Shown: positions 9,266 to 18,876 of the stretch, one piece after another
Layout: the number at the start of each line of letters is the position of its first letter
Numbering within the stretch: the first letter of the stretch is position 1
Assembly (NCBI GenBank): GCA_963782915.1
Contig: CAWALK010000012.1
Span: 224,001 to 288,000 of the forward strand
Length of the DNA: 64,000 bases
Direction of reading: 5' to 3'
Source of the DNA: an uncultured archaeon
GTDB taxonomy: Archaea; Thermoproteota; Bathyarchaeia; Bathyarchaeales; Bathycorpusculaceae
Made by a program: the position numbers and the translations under genes
Notes under the pieces: generated by a model
What the model saw: only the letters and a program-made list of their open reading frames with translations
Told to the model about the DNA's origin: nothing
The model's database searches: none

Positions 9266-10207
9266 TTAGTAGGTTACGATGCCGATTCTGGTCATCAAAT
9301 AATCGTAGCCTGCACCTTTGAAGGCACCTACGACTTTACCTTGAACTTCTTTGCCGGGAGTCAGTGCAACCATGCAACCTCCGCCTCCGCCGCCGGTCAA
9401 CTTGGCGCCGAATGCACCCTGCTTACGGGCGATATCAACGAGTTGGTCAAGTTCTTTGCTGGACACGCCGATTTCTTGGAGTATGCGGTGGTTTTCGTTC
9501 ATGAGGTCGCCGCATTTTTTGAGATCGCCTGCTTCGAGTGCTTTTCGCCCTGCAACTGCTAGAGATTCCGCTTGTTTGAAGAGTGGGTCATATTTGGCTG
9601 GGTTAGCTTTTTTGCGGTCAGCGACGCCTTCAACCATGGCTTTGGTGTTGGCGGTTTTGCCTGTGCTGCCGATGACGATTTCGATTGGTTTGCGTACATG
9701 GATTTTTTCGACGAGGTCTTGTCCGCCTGCGGGGTTTTTCTTGAACCACATTAAGCCGCCGTAGGTTGCTGCGGTGTTGTCGATGCCTGATGGGTTGCCT
9801 GCGTAGGCTTTTTCGCCCTCGTAGGCGACTGCGTTGATTTGCTCGTTGGTTAAGCCTAAGTTGAGTTCTTCGCTGATGGCTCGTGCGATGGCGACGCTGG
9901 ATGCTGCTGAAGCGCCTAGGCCGCTGAAGCCGGGTAATGTGCCGCCTATCCAGATGTCAAGCGGAGTTTTGGGGTCTAATTTCATGGCTTTTAGCATGCG
10001 TTCGATGGATTCGATTTGCTGGAGCCGTTTTTCTTCGCCGTAGCCTTTGGCGGTTTTGCGGTCGTCTTTTACGTTTAAGCCTTTTATGGCTTTTTTGACT
10101 TCTGCATCAGTGGAGGAATCAATCGCTGAAACTATGCCGGGAACTCCGTGGACAACGAAGTGTTCGCCGAATAGGATAACTTTTCCGTAACCTGAACCTT
10201 TACCCAT
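9266..10207 (-). CDS. mvk: Mevalonate kinase
   Basis: GHMP kinase motifs GKVILFGEHFVVHG, PGFSGLGASAA, GNPSGIDN and GAKLTGGGGGG. Confidence 0.92.
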   Translation of the reverse strand: MGKGSGYGKVILFGEHFVVHGVPGIVSAIDSSTDAEVKKAIKGLNVKDDRKTAKGYGEEKRLQQIESIERMLKAMKLDPKTPLDIWIGGTLPGFSGLGASAASSVAIARAISEELNLGLTNEQINAVAYEGEKAYAGNPSGIDNTAATYGGLMWFKKNPAGGQDLVEKIHVRKPIEIVIGSTGKTANTKAMVEGVADRKKANPAKYDPLFKQAESLAVAGRKALEAGDLKKCGDLMNENHRILQEIGVSSKELDQLVDIARKQGAFGAKLTGGGGGGCMVALTPGKEVQGKVVGAFKGAGYDYLMTRIGIVTY

Positions 10208-10305
10208 TGTATGTTCACCTTGAAAGGTAGGTATGGGTTGCTTTTAGATAAAAATGTATGTTTTAGGAAGCAATTTTTGTTGCGGCTTTGATTCTAAATG
10301 GGGGG

Positions 10306-11422
10306 TTACGTTTGGTTGTCTAGTGCCCGATTGAAGTTCCGCAGCTTATCCTGCAGCAGCACCAACGCCAAAGCAATCGCCCCGGCAGCCGCCGCCGCAA
10401 TCCCCGCAGTCAAACCGAAATAGTTGCTATAGGTTACGTAGCGGTTGACTTCGTAGTTGACCTCTTTGCTGGTTGAGTCAGGATTATAGAAAACAATGTA
10501 GCGTGTGACCTGCTGATTTTCTTGTACCCATGCACTGATTGTGAATTGGCCCTTAGTGCCATTGAAGTTGGGGTTCATAGGTACGGTGGTGCCGTTTGGC
10601 CAGTACCCAACCGTTCCGTTTTCATTATTAACGTAAACTTCCACGAAACCGATGTCGGCATCAACTTGGAAGGTGTAGTCGCCTGTTTGATCTTGATAAG
10701 TTATGCATTGCTGGCCGTTTGCAGCTAAGGGGGTGATGCCTTTTGAAACTGTCTCTTGCCCCTGCAACGGATGGGAAAAAGTGTTTGCCGCCCAGAGCCC
10801 CGCCCCAAGAAGAATAATGGCGATTAATAATGAGGCGCCTTTTTTGCCAGTCCACTTGAAAGTCACAACTTTTGCCCTATTCTTAACCGTCCATACAGCG
10901 GGAACAGCCAAGAAACCTAGTACACCCGCCGCCATGAGAGCAATCCCTGCATAATAGCCTGCAGGATTTGATTCATACCAGTCACGCGAAACCTCAAAAT
11001 TCACCTGCTGCACAGCCGCTTCTGGGTTCCAGAAAACAACGTTAGCAACATCCGAAGAACGCGTTAACTACTCTCCAGTAATCCATTCTGTAAGAATCAT
11101 AATTGCCATGGTCCTCGGTTCCAGCCCATGACGCATTATAGTTGCCGCATAGCCAATCTTGTAGGGATTGATTGGAGATGGCGGCGGAAAAAACTGTGCC
11201 CGAATCCTTTGGAATACTAACATAAAGAGTGTAATCCCCCGACGCATCAAGCGGAACACTTCGATAGGTTGTTTGGTTGGCTGCTAAAGGGAAAGTTTCT
11301 GAACTTACAGCTACAGACCTTGCCTGAGGCCCAGAATAGTTCTCCTCCACGATCCATCCTGAAATAAGCATTAACACCGCAATCGCCAATACAAGAACCG
11401 AGAGCTTTCTGAAACGTGACAT
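10306..11422 (-). CDS. Hypothetical membrane protein with two internally duplicated extracellular domains (frameshift near 11050)
   Basis: ORFs 11042-11422 and 10306-11013 appear to be one gene. The two halves share PLAAN...GDYT...VF.NP....VN.EV.R between TM helices. Confidence 0.6.
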
Positions 11423-11536
11423 GTTATTCTATAAGGCGTTGGCTTGTTGGGGTAAAGCCATTTGTGCGTACAAAAAAGTACCGTCTAACCCTTATAGCCC
11501 ACAGAGGGGTGCTTTAAACAGAAAGGCATAAACCGT

Positions 11537-12160
11537 ATGAGTCACGCAAAAACCGTTTATCGGGGCTTCACTGCTGCATCCAGTGCAATCTGTTTATTCT
11601 TGACTGCGCTTTGGCTGCCCCGCTACCTGAATCTGGCGGTTTCGTTAGCGTTTTTTGCCGTTTTAGCGGTTCCCTTCGCCTTAAACTGCCTCAAAACATT
11701 GGATCAATCAAACCAGCATAACCCCGATGCCCATGAAAGCGTCAAAAAAGCAAAAACATTCCTGATGGCACTGCAGGGGTTTGGGTTTGCCTGCTGGTTC
11801 TTCGATGTCATCTCAACCATATTTCTAATTAACATTTTAGGGACAGCTGAGGAGCTGAACATTCTGGGTTGGCCTTTTAGTGCGTTGGGTGCGTTGGCGT
11901 TTTATGTGCCGATGGTTTTTGTAGCTTACTTTTTGCTGTTTGGTATGAAATCAAAGTTGTCGTTCTATGGGACAGCGGTGATTTCTGTGTTGGTGGTGTT
12001 TATGGGCGCTTTGAACCTTAATGCTGCACTGTATAACTTTGGCAAAATCGATCCTTATTCGTCGTTGGGGGATTTTGTGGTGGTTGGGTTGTGGCTTGGG
12101 GTTTTGGCGGTTTTGGCAGTTGTTAATGTTGCCGCTGTTAGAGCTAAAAGACAAGCTTGA
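11537..12160 (+). CDS. Hypothetical multi-pass membrane protein
   Basis: 207 aa ORF with about 6 hydrophobic helices. Confidence 0.65.
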   Translation: MSHAKTVYRGFTAASSAICLFLTALWLPRYLNLAVSLAFFAVLAVPFALNCLKTLDQSNQHNPDAHESVKKAKTFLMALQGFGFACWFFDVISTIFLINILGTAEELNILGWPFSALGALAFYVPMVFVAYFLLFGMKSKLSFYGTAVISVLVVFMGALNLNAALYNFGKIDPYSSLGDFVVVGLWLGVLAVLAVVNVAAVRAKRQA

Positions 12161-12169
12161 TGTGGAATA

Positions 12170-12185
12170 ATCGGAAAACCGCTAA
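12170..12185 (+). repeat. Short motif ATCGGAAAACCGCTAA (copy 1)
   Basis: 15/16 identical to 12518-12533; about 10 nt after a stop codon. Confidence 0.6.
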
Positions 12186-12263
12186 CTTGAGTTAGTAGGA
12201 CTTTTCCCACTATATTCCTTGGCAAGAAGTCTTTTTATTGCCATCAGGTTCTATTAGCTATCT

Positions 12264-12506
12264 ATGGGTGCTATAGCCAAAGGTTCTGTTAGTCCCAGCA
12301 TCAAGACGTACTTAGTGATTGGGCTTGGCGTTATTGGTGCAATTTTACTTGTTCTTGGCATTATACTTTCAATATACGGATTTAATGCAGGCATTGGGCT
12401 GGCTGTTTTTGGCTTAATAATTATAATAGTTACAGTCATCGTTTTCATAGTGGCGACGGACGGTATAGACACATCACCTGGAGGTTACATCAATTCTGGA
12501 CCATAA
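12264..12506 (+). CDS. Small two-TM hypothetical protein
   Basis: 80 aa ORF with two hydrophobic helices, bracketed by the two 16-bp motif copies. Confidence 0.6.
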   Translation: MGAIAKGSVSPSIKTYLVIGLGVIGAILLVLGIILSIYGFNAGIGLAVFGLIIIIVTVIVFIVATDGIDTSPGGYINSGP

Positions 12507-12517
12507 ACAAACAAAGC

Positions 12518-12533
12518 ATCGAAAAACCGCTAA
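12518..12533 (+). repeat. Short motif ATCGAAAAACCGCTAA (copy 2)
   Basis: Direct repeat of 12170-12185; about 12 nt after a stop codon. Confidence 0.6.
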
Positions 12534-12667
12534 ACTAAATCAAATATCTTTCGAGCGATGTAGTGGACCCATCCTATGTTTATTGTTAGGTCAAGAAACC
12601 TTGACTGGGCTTAGTCAAGAAACCTATACAAGAATACTTTTAACCAAAGTCCACCCTAAAGAGGAAT

Positions 12668-14101
12668 ATGCGAAAAACTGGTAAGGTCTTAGTAGTACTG
12701 ATAGCCGTAATCTTCCTAAGTTCAATGGCTGTCTTCCAAACTGCACCAGTTAAAGCACAATCAAAAACAATCGTTGTTCCTGATGATTATCCAATGATTG
12801 CTTCAGCGATGGGAAATGCAACAAATGGCGATATAATACTTGTAAGGTCAGGAACTTACAATGAACTGACGTTACAGACAAACAAGAGCATATCATTGAT
12901 TGGTGAAGGTTCAACCAGCACCATAGTTAACCTGCATCCACCAAGTGAACCAATATACATTATGGGACAATATACCGGCATGGGAGCAACGGCGATCTAT
13001 TTTCGTGCAAATAATTTGGTTATGTCAGGATTAACAATAAACAGCTATGGAGGCATGTCTGTCATTGGCAATAATGCGATTATTATGGGTAATACGATTA
13101 ATGATTATGCGCAGTCTTGGTTCAACGTCGTAGGCAACTATGAAACCATCTCAAACAACACGTCAAACACAGTTATCAATGTTGAATGCTCCTATTCGAA
13201 AATCTGTGGTAACAATGGAATAGGCGGTATAAGTAATTCTGGTTCTTTCAATTCTATCTTCGCCAATAATATGGCGATGGTTGTAGGTGGTTATTTTAGT
13301 AGTTCGAACCTTTATTATGGGAACATTGTTAAAAAATGGAAAAGGTATCTATGTGGGCAATAGTGATATTGTTTATAACAATACCATTACTCAATGCACT
13401 CAAGGTATCTGTATTGCACAAGGTTCACACAACGTTATCGTTGGTAACACTATAACTTATAATTCTGGACCAGGTCTTGCAACAGTAAGTTATGTGCAAG
13501 GTAGTTTGCAAACGAATACTGGATTCGATAATACTAGTTTACGGGAACAATGTGGCTCATAATGCTATTGGTGTTCGTACTTTCACTCTTAATATTTGGC
13601 ATGGGGCAACTATACTTTCTATGATAATAATTTCGTTGACAATGCGCAACAAGCAGAAGTCATTGTTTCTAATTCCACATCGACTTATGAGAACTATTTA
13701 TGGCAAAACCGTCCTTGGAGCGATTACTGGAATAATAGTGGAGCGGGCAATTACTGGAGCGATTACTTGTCCTAGTTACCCTAATGCGTCTCAAGTAGAA
13801 TTATCGGCGGTATGGAATACGCCTTACGTTGTAGGTGGCATAAACTGGATAATTTTCCACTTATAATCCTTTCAACGCTTCAAGTTTGAATGTCCAAGTA
13901 CCTTCTTGGGCAGATGTTAAAATTCCAACTCCGCTTCTAACGCCTTCATTTCCAACACCCCATCTTTCTAAATCTACGGGTTCCACTCCAATAGCTTCTC
14001 CCAGTCCTGCCGTTCCAGAGTTGTCTTGGTTAGCAATCTTGCCTTTTCTTTTAGCCACCCCTTTGATTGCCTTAGTACTTCTAAGAAAAAAGAGGAGCTA
14101 A
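12668..14101 (+). CDS. NosD-like parallel beta-helix surface protein with PEF-CTERM-like anchor, multiple frameshifts
   Basis: Signal peptide, TIVVPDDYP.I..A...A..GD.I.VRSGTY start, Asn-rich beta-helix repeats, and C-terminal VPELSWLAILPFLL...LRKKRS. Confidence 0.8.
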
Positions 14102-14102
14102 A

Positions 14103-14963
14103 ATGAACAAACCTGTCTTAGCCCTAATACTAATCTTAGCAGCCTCAAGCCTAATAATAACCCAAACAGCCTCCGCAGTATCTAAACCAATGACGCCAGA
14201 ATTCACCGTACAGTACGTTGATAACTCATACGATATACCCCCAAATTACACCACAGACCCCTATACAGGAAGAAACACCACCACAAACGGTTCAGGCGAA
14301 CATATAGACGACTGCTCGGTAACATTCACAATCGAAAACCAACCGTTTACACCCTATACCGATGCAAGCGGCAACCAAATTCAACTATACTATAACTTTA
14401 GATTCAAAGGCCACTACGGCGACACATGGATCTACTACCCATTCAATGGCACACAAACCACTCATTCCTACGGTGCATATTCAGGCGGATTCTTCAAACC
14501 CTATCCAGCTTCAACCAACACATACACAATTTACTCCATTAAACTCAGTACATTGCTAGCCCACACTTACGGCAGTGACATTCCATCCGGCAGCACACTT
14601 GATTTTCAAGTGCAGACACAGATAGGCCACATTGATCCGATAAACTCAGGCATGATAGCAGGGAATTTCTATAACTTCACCGGAGAATCAAGTGACTGGA
14701 GCAGCATCCAGACTGTAACAGTAGGGAAGGGTTCGGTATCTGTACCGACGCCGACACAATCTGCACCGACCCCAACAGAACCCGCTTCACAGAACCCAAA
14801 TTACCCAGCCACCAGCCCAATACAACCAGCCACCCAGACGGATACACTGCTGGGTCTTGATTGGAGGGATATGGCTATTGTTCTATTGGCTGTGGCGCTT
14901 GGCACAGTGGTTTTGGTTGTGGTGTTTTCGCGCAGGAAACATGGCGCGGTATCTTCACCTTAG
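14103..14963 (+). CDS. Secreted or membrane-anchored surface protein
   Basis: Signal peptide, PEFTV..VD.SYD.PP.YT.DPYTG motif, P/T-rich stalk, C-terminal TM plus RRK. Confidence 0.75.
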   Translation: MNKPVLALILILAASSLIITQTASAVSKPMTPEFTVQYVDNSYDIPPNYTTDPYTGRNTTTNGSGEHIDDCSVTFTIENQPFTPYTDASGNQIQLYYNFRFKGHYGDTWIYYPFNGTQTTHSYGAYSGGFFKPYPASTNTYTIYSIKLSTLLAHTYGSDIPSGSTLDFQVQTQIGHIDPINSGMIAGNFYNFTGESSDWSSIQTVTVGKGSVSVPTPTQSAPTPTEPASQNPNYPATSPIQPATQTDTLLGLDWRDMAIVLLAVALGTVVLVVVFSRRKHGAVSSP

Positions 14964-15204
14964 TTTTTCTCGCTTAGCAGTAGATCAGAAGTTTGTTCTG
15001 CTGCAGAAGTCTCCTCAACCAGCCTGCAACCGCCTAAACTAACCAATACCAAAACAGCTGCTGCACACAAGTTTGCTGGTTGTTGTTGAAATAAGAAGGG
15101 CACATGGCAACAACCAAATAAAGGAAAACAAGCAACCCCCAAAGTAAATCTACTGTTAAACAAGCGGCTATGTCTCTCCCTGAGAAGTTACGTGGTTTCT
15201 CCAT
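14960..15204 (-). CDS. Possible small membrane protein (frameshifted)
   Basis: MEKPRNFSGRDIAACLTVDLLWGLLVFLYLVVAM... hydrophobic segment; weak support. Confidence 0.3.
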
Positions 15205-15310
15205 GGACAAAGCTGCCCCTCTGCGGTATGTGCTAGAAGCTATGGAGCTATCTTTCCGAAACCTAAAATAAGCCCCTAACAAAAATATAGCCACTTGAGG
15301 TTATAGTTGC

Positions 15311-16563
15311 GTGTCATCAATCATCGAGGACCTCATTGCCCGAAAAATTTTCAATAACCGCGGCGATGAAACCATAGAAGTCGATGTAATCACTGCGGGT
15401 GGATTCGGACGTGCAGGTGCTCCAGCAGGCAAAAGCAGAGGCAAAGCTGAAGTAGTATACTATCCACAAGGCGGCGTTGAGGCAGCCATAAAAAAAGTCG
15501 ATGATTTGATTGCACCTGAACTTGCAGGCTTAAACGCCGATTTCCAAGAAGAAATCGACAATACACTCCACGAAATCGATGGAACCACAGATTTCAAGAA
15601 CATCGGCGGAAACACCGCATTCGCCGTAAGCCTCGCAAACGCAGAAGCAGCAGCCAACGCCACGGATTATTATTATTCCAGTTTCTTGGCGGAAACGCAG
15701 CAACCACCCTACCTTACCCATTGGGTAACTGCATAAGCGGCGGCGCACATGCCCGCGGCAAAGCACCCAGCGTACAAGAATACCTAGCGTTGCCCCATGG
15801 CGCGGAAAGTTTCCTCGAAGCCCAAACCGCCAATACACAAATCCACAAAAAAATCGGAGACTCACTCAAAAAGAAATCCACCACGTTTAACGGTGGCAAA
15901 AGCGACGAAGGCGCATGGATAGCAAACATCTCAACCGACGACGCCTTCGAAGTTATGGCTAAAGCCTGCGAAGAAGTAGGCAACGAAATGGATTTCGAAT
16001 GCGGCTTTGGCATAGACGTTGCAGCTAGCAGTTTCTGGAAGCCAAAAGAAGAAAAATATATCTATGAAAACGAAGGCATAAAACGCGATACAGCCGAACA
16101 ACTCGAGTACATGCTAAGTTTAATAGAGAAATATCATTTAGAATATGTTGAAGATCCATTCCATGAAGATGACTTCGACAGCTTCGCAGAACTTACCAAG
16201 AAATCAAAGAATTGCTTAATTTGCGGCGACGATTTGTTCACAACTAATACTGAAAGGTTAAATAACGGAATTAAGATTAACGCTGGAAACGCTATCATCA
16301 TCAAAGTCAACCAGATAGGCACATTAACCGATGCAGCTGAAACAATCGAGACCGCATTACGCAACGGTTATGTTCCTGTCGTGTCACATCGGTCAGGCGA
16401 CACATGCGATTGGCACATCGCCCATTTGGCTGTAGCCTACAAATGCCCAGTCATCAAAACTGGCACAGTTGAAGGTTCACGTATAGCCAAACTAAACGAG
16501 CTAATACGCATCGAGCATTTCCTTGGCAACAGAGCCAAAATGGCTGACCTAAATATACACTAA
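15311..16563 (+). CDS. eno: Enolase, frameshift near 15660-15720
   Basis: RG..TIEVDV, GGAHA, DEG, GDDLFTTN, IKVNQIGTL, SHRSGDT, IKTG and RIAKLNELIRIE motifs. Confidence 0.93.
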
Positions 16564-16570
16564 AGAGAAG

Positions 16571-17368
16571 ATGAACCCAATGTCTGAAGACCAAGTTAAA
16601 GAAAATCAACCAACAGAAAACCCGGAAGAAGAGCAAGAAGAAGAAATCGAAACCGTAGAGGCTCCACAAGAAGAAACCACTGAAGTCGCCGCTGAAGAAA
16701 CCGCAGAAGGCGAAGCAGAGGAAGAAGAAGCACAGGAAGCCCAACCGGAAGAAACCCTCCTTCTACCAAGAGACACCCTGCTCTCCGCAGGCATCCACAT
16801 CGGCACAAGGATGAAAACACTCGACATGGAACCATTCATCTACCGTGTCCGACCAGACGGCTTATTCGTCTTAGACGTCAAAAAAACAGACGACCGCATC
16901 AGAGTAACAGCAAAATTCCTTTCACGATATGAACCATCCAAAGTTGCCATAGCAGCAACCCGCCTATACGCACATGAACCAGTCAAAATGTTCTGCAAAC
17001 TAACAGGCGCAACACCACTCATCGGCAGATTCATCCCAGGCCAACTATCAAATCCACAATACAAAAACCGCGTTGACCCAGAAGTCATCCTCGTATGTGA
17101 CCCACGTGCAGACGCACAAGCAGTCAAAGAAGCATCCACCGTCGGCATACCCATCGTTGCACTCTGCAGCACAGACAACGAATTCTCAGGCGTAGACCTA
17201 GTCATCCCAACCAACAACAAAGGCCGCCGTGCACTCGCAGTCATATTCTGGCTCTTAGCACGCCAAGTCCTCAGAGAAAGAGGCGAATTAGGCGCAGACA
17301 AAGACCCATCCGTAACCATCGAAGACTTTGAAGCAAAAGTCACACGCGAAGAGGAGGAGGACACCTAA
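16571..17368 (+). CDS. rpsB: 30S ribosomal protein S2 (uS2) with acidic N-terminal extension
   Basis: LSAGIHIGT...M..FIYR.R.DG, GRFIPG and IPTNNKGRRALA motifs of archaeal S2. Confidence 0.96.
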   Translation: MNPMSEDQVKENQPTENPEEEQEEEIETVEAPQEETTEVAAEETAEGEAEEEEAQEAQPEETLLLPRDTLLSAGIHIGTRMKTLDMEPFIYRVRPDGLFVLDVKKTDDRIRVTAKFLSRYEPSKVAIAATRLYAHEPVKMFCKLTGATPLIGRFIPGQLSNPQYKNRVDPEVILVCDPRADAQAVKEASTVGIPIVALCSTDNEFSGVDLVIPTNNKGRRALAVIFWLLARQVLRERGELGADKDPSVTIEDFEAKVTREEEEDT

Positions 17369-17372
17369 AAGT

Positions 17373-18226
17373 TTGTCTCCGCTCCGGCGTGCAGTAGTTG
17401 CTTCTCAATTTTATGAGGGCAGCGCCGAAGCGCTCAGAGCACAACTTAACGGTTGTTTTCTCCATAAACTCGGACCACAAAAAACCCCCAAAATTAACCA
17501 AACAACTCACCCACGAAACATCGTGGGTTTAATTTGTCCCCACGCAGGCTACTTGTATAGTGGCCCCGTGGCGGCATCTGCTTTTTACGAATTAGCTATC
17601 GATGGCAAACCCGACACTGTCGTTCTTTTAGGACCTAACCATACTGGGTATGGCAGCGCACTTTCAATTATGCGTGAGGGCACATGGCAAACCCCACTTG
17701 GCAATGTGGAAATCGATTCGGCAGTGGCTGATGCGATTCTTGCATGAAACCAAAATTTTAGACGTTGACGAACTTGCGCACCGCTTTGAGCATTCACTCG
17801 AAGTCCAACTGCCTTTCCTGCAGTATCTCTATGGCAACGCATTCAAGATTGTGCCCATTTCGTTTTTGATGCAGGATTATGATTCAGCAGTTGAAGTTGG
17901 CAGAGCACTGGTTGAAGCCTTGGATGCCACAAATTCAGTTGTAATTGCCTCTTCTGACATGACCCACTATGAACCTGCGAAGGTGGCGGCAGCTAAAGAC
18001 CACGCCGCCCTCGAAGCAAGTCACCGCCCTAAATGCCAAAGGCTTCTACGAAACCGTTGAAAGCCAGAACATCACCGCATGCGGCTACGCCCCAATAACC
18101 GCATTAATCACCTATGCAGTCGGCGTCAACGCAAAAGCCGAATTGTTCAGCTACCATAACAGCGGCGACATAACAGGCGACCCCTCAAGCGTCGTCGGCT
18201 ATGCAGCAGTAAAATTCAGCAAGTAG
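17373..18226 (+). CDS. MEMO1 family protein (AmmeMemoRadiSam system protein B), two frameshifts
   Basis: PHAGY.YSG, GPNHTG, EHSLEVQLPFLQ, ASSDMTHY, CGY.P and SVVGYA motifs across three frames. Confidence 0.9.
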
Positions 18227-18285
18227 CTGCTCCGAAAAAATCTTATACACAATGCCCTGTATTTAGCAACCAAGGGATAACAGGC

Positions 18286-18849
18286 ATGAAAATCAATTAC
18301 TTAGGCCTAATAGCCGCAATACTCGCCATTGCAGGTTTAGCACTACCATGGTTCACTTTTACGATGAATGCACCCTACGATAACATCAACGCAGCCTTCA
18401 CCGTTTACCTCTACCAAATCCAAGGCACCATAAACGGGGTTTCAGCCACTGCATTTGCCAACGTCTGGTTTGTCTTTGGCGGTTTAGCTTTAGCGGCAGT
18501 TACTGTTGTATGCTGTTTTGCTGGGGCTTTTTTGGCGGGTAGGAAAGGGCAGGTTTTGCTGTTGCTGGCTGGCATCATGGCGTTGCTTTCTATGGTGGCA
18601 TTTGGCGGCGGGTTGCTAATGAGCGACTATGTACGCACAGCCTTAGAACCTGGTGCGGTGATGGCTTTCTTCCCAAGCAACGCTTTAGGCATAACAACTG
18701 ACACTGCAATGGGCGCTTTTTACAATAACATAGAGTGGTGGCTTGGTTATGGTTTCTGGGTAACCATAGGCACTGCGATACTGGCGTTTATGGCTGCTGT
18801 GGCTCCTTCGCTTTCAAAGAAGTCTGCGGCTAAATCAACCGAAAAATAA
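18286..18849 (+). CDS. Hypothetical four-TM membrane protein
   Basis: LPW after TM1 and W.LGYGFW before TM4. Confidence 0.65.
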   Translation: MKINYLGLIAAILAIAGLALPWFTFTMNAPYDNINAAFTVYLYQIQGTINGVSATAFANVWFVFGGLALAAVTVVCCFAGAFLAGRKGQVLLLLAGIMALLSMVAFGGGLLMSDYVRTALEPGAVMAFFPSNALGITTDTAMGAFYNNIEWWLGYGFWVTIGTAILAFMAAVAPSLSKKSAAKSTEK

Positions 18850-18876
18850 ACTTTTTTCCTTTTTTGAACTTTATCG

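Noticed and set aside
12170-12533. Classical integron attC cassette
   Set aside because: No GTTRRRY/RYYYAAC pair, no long attC hairpin and no integron integrase.
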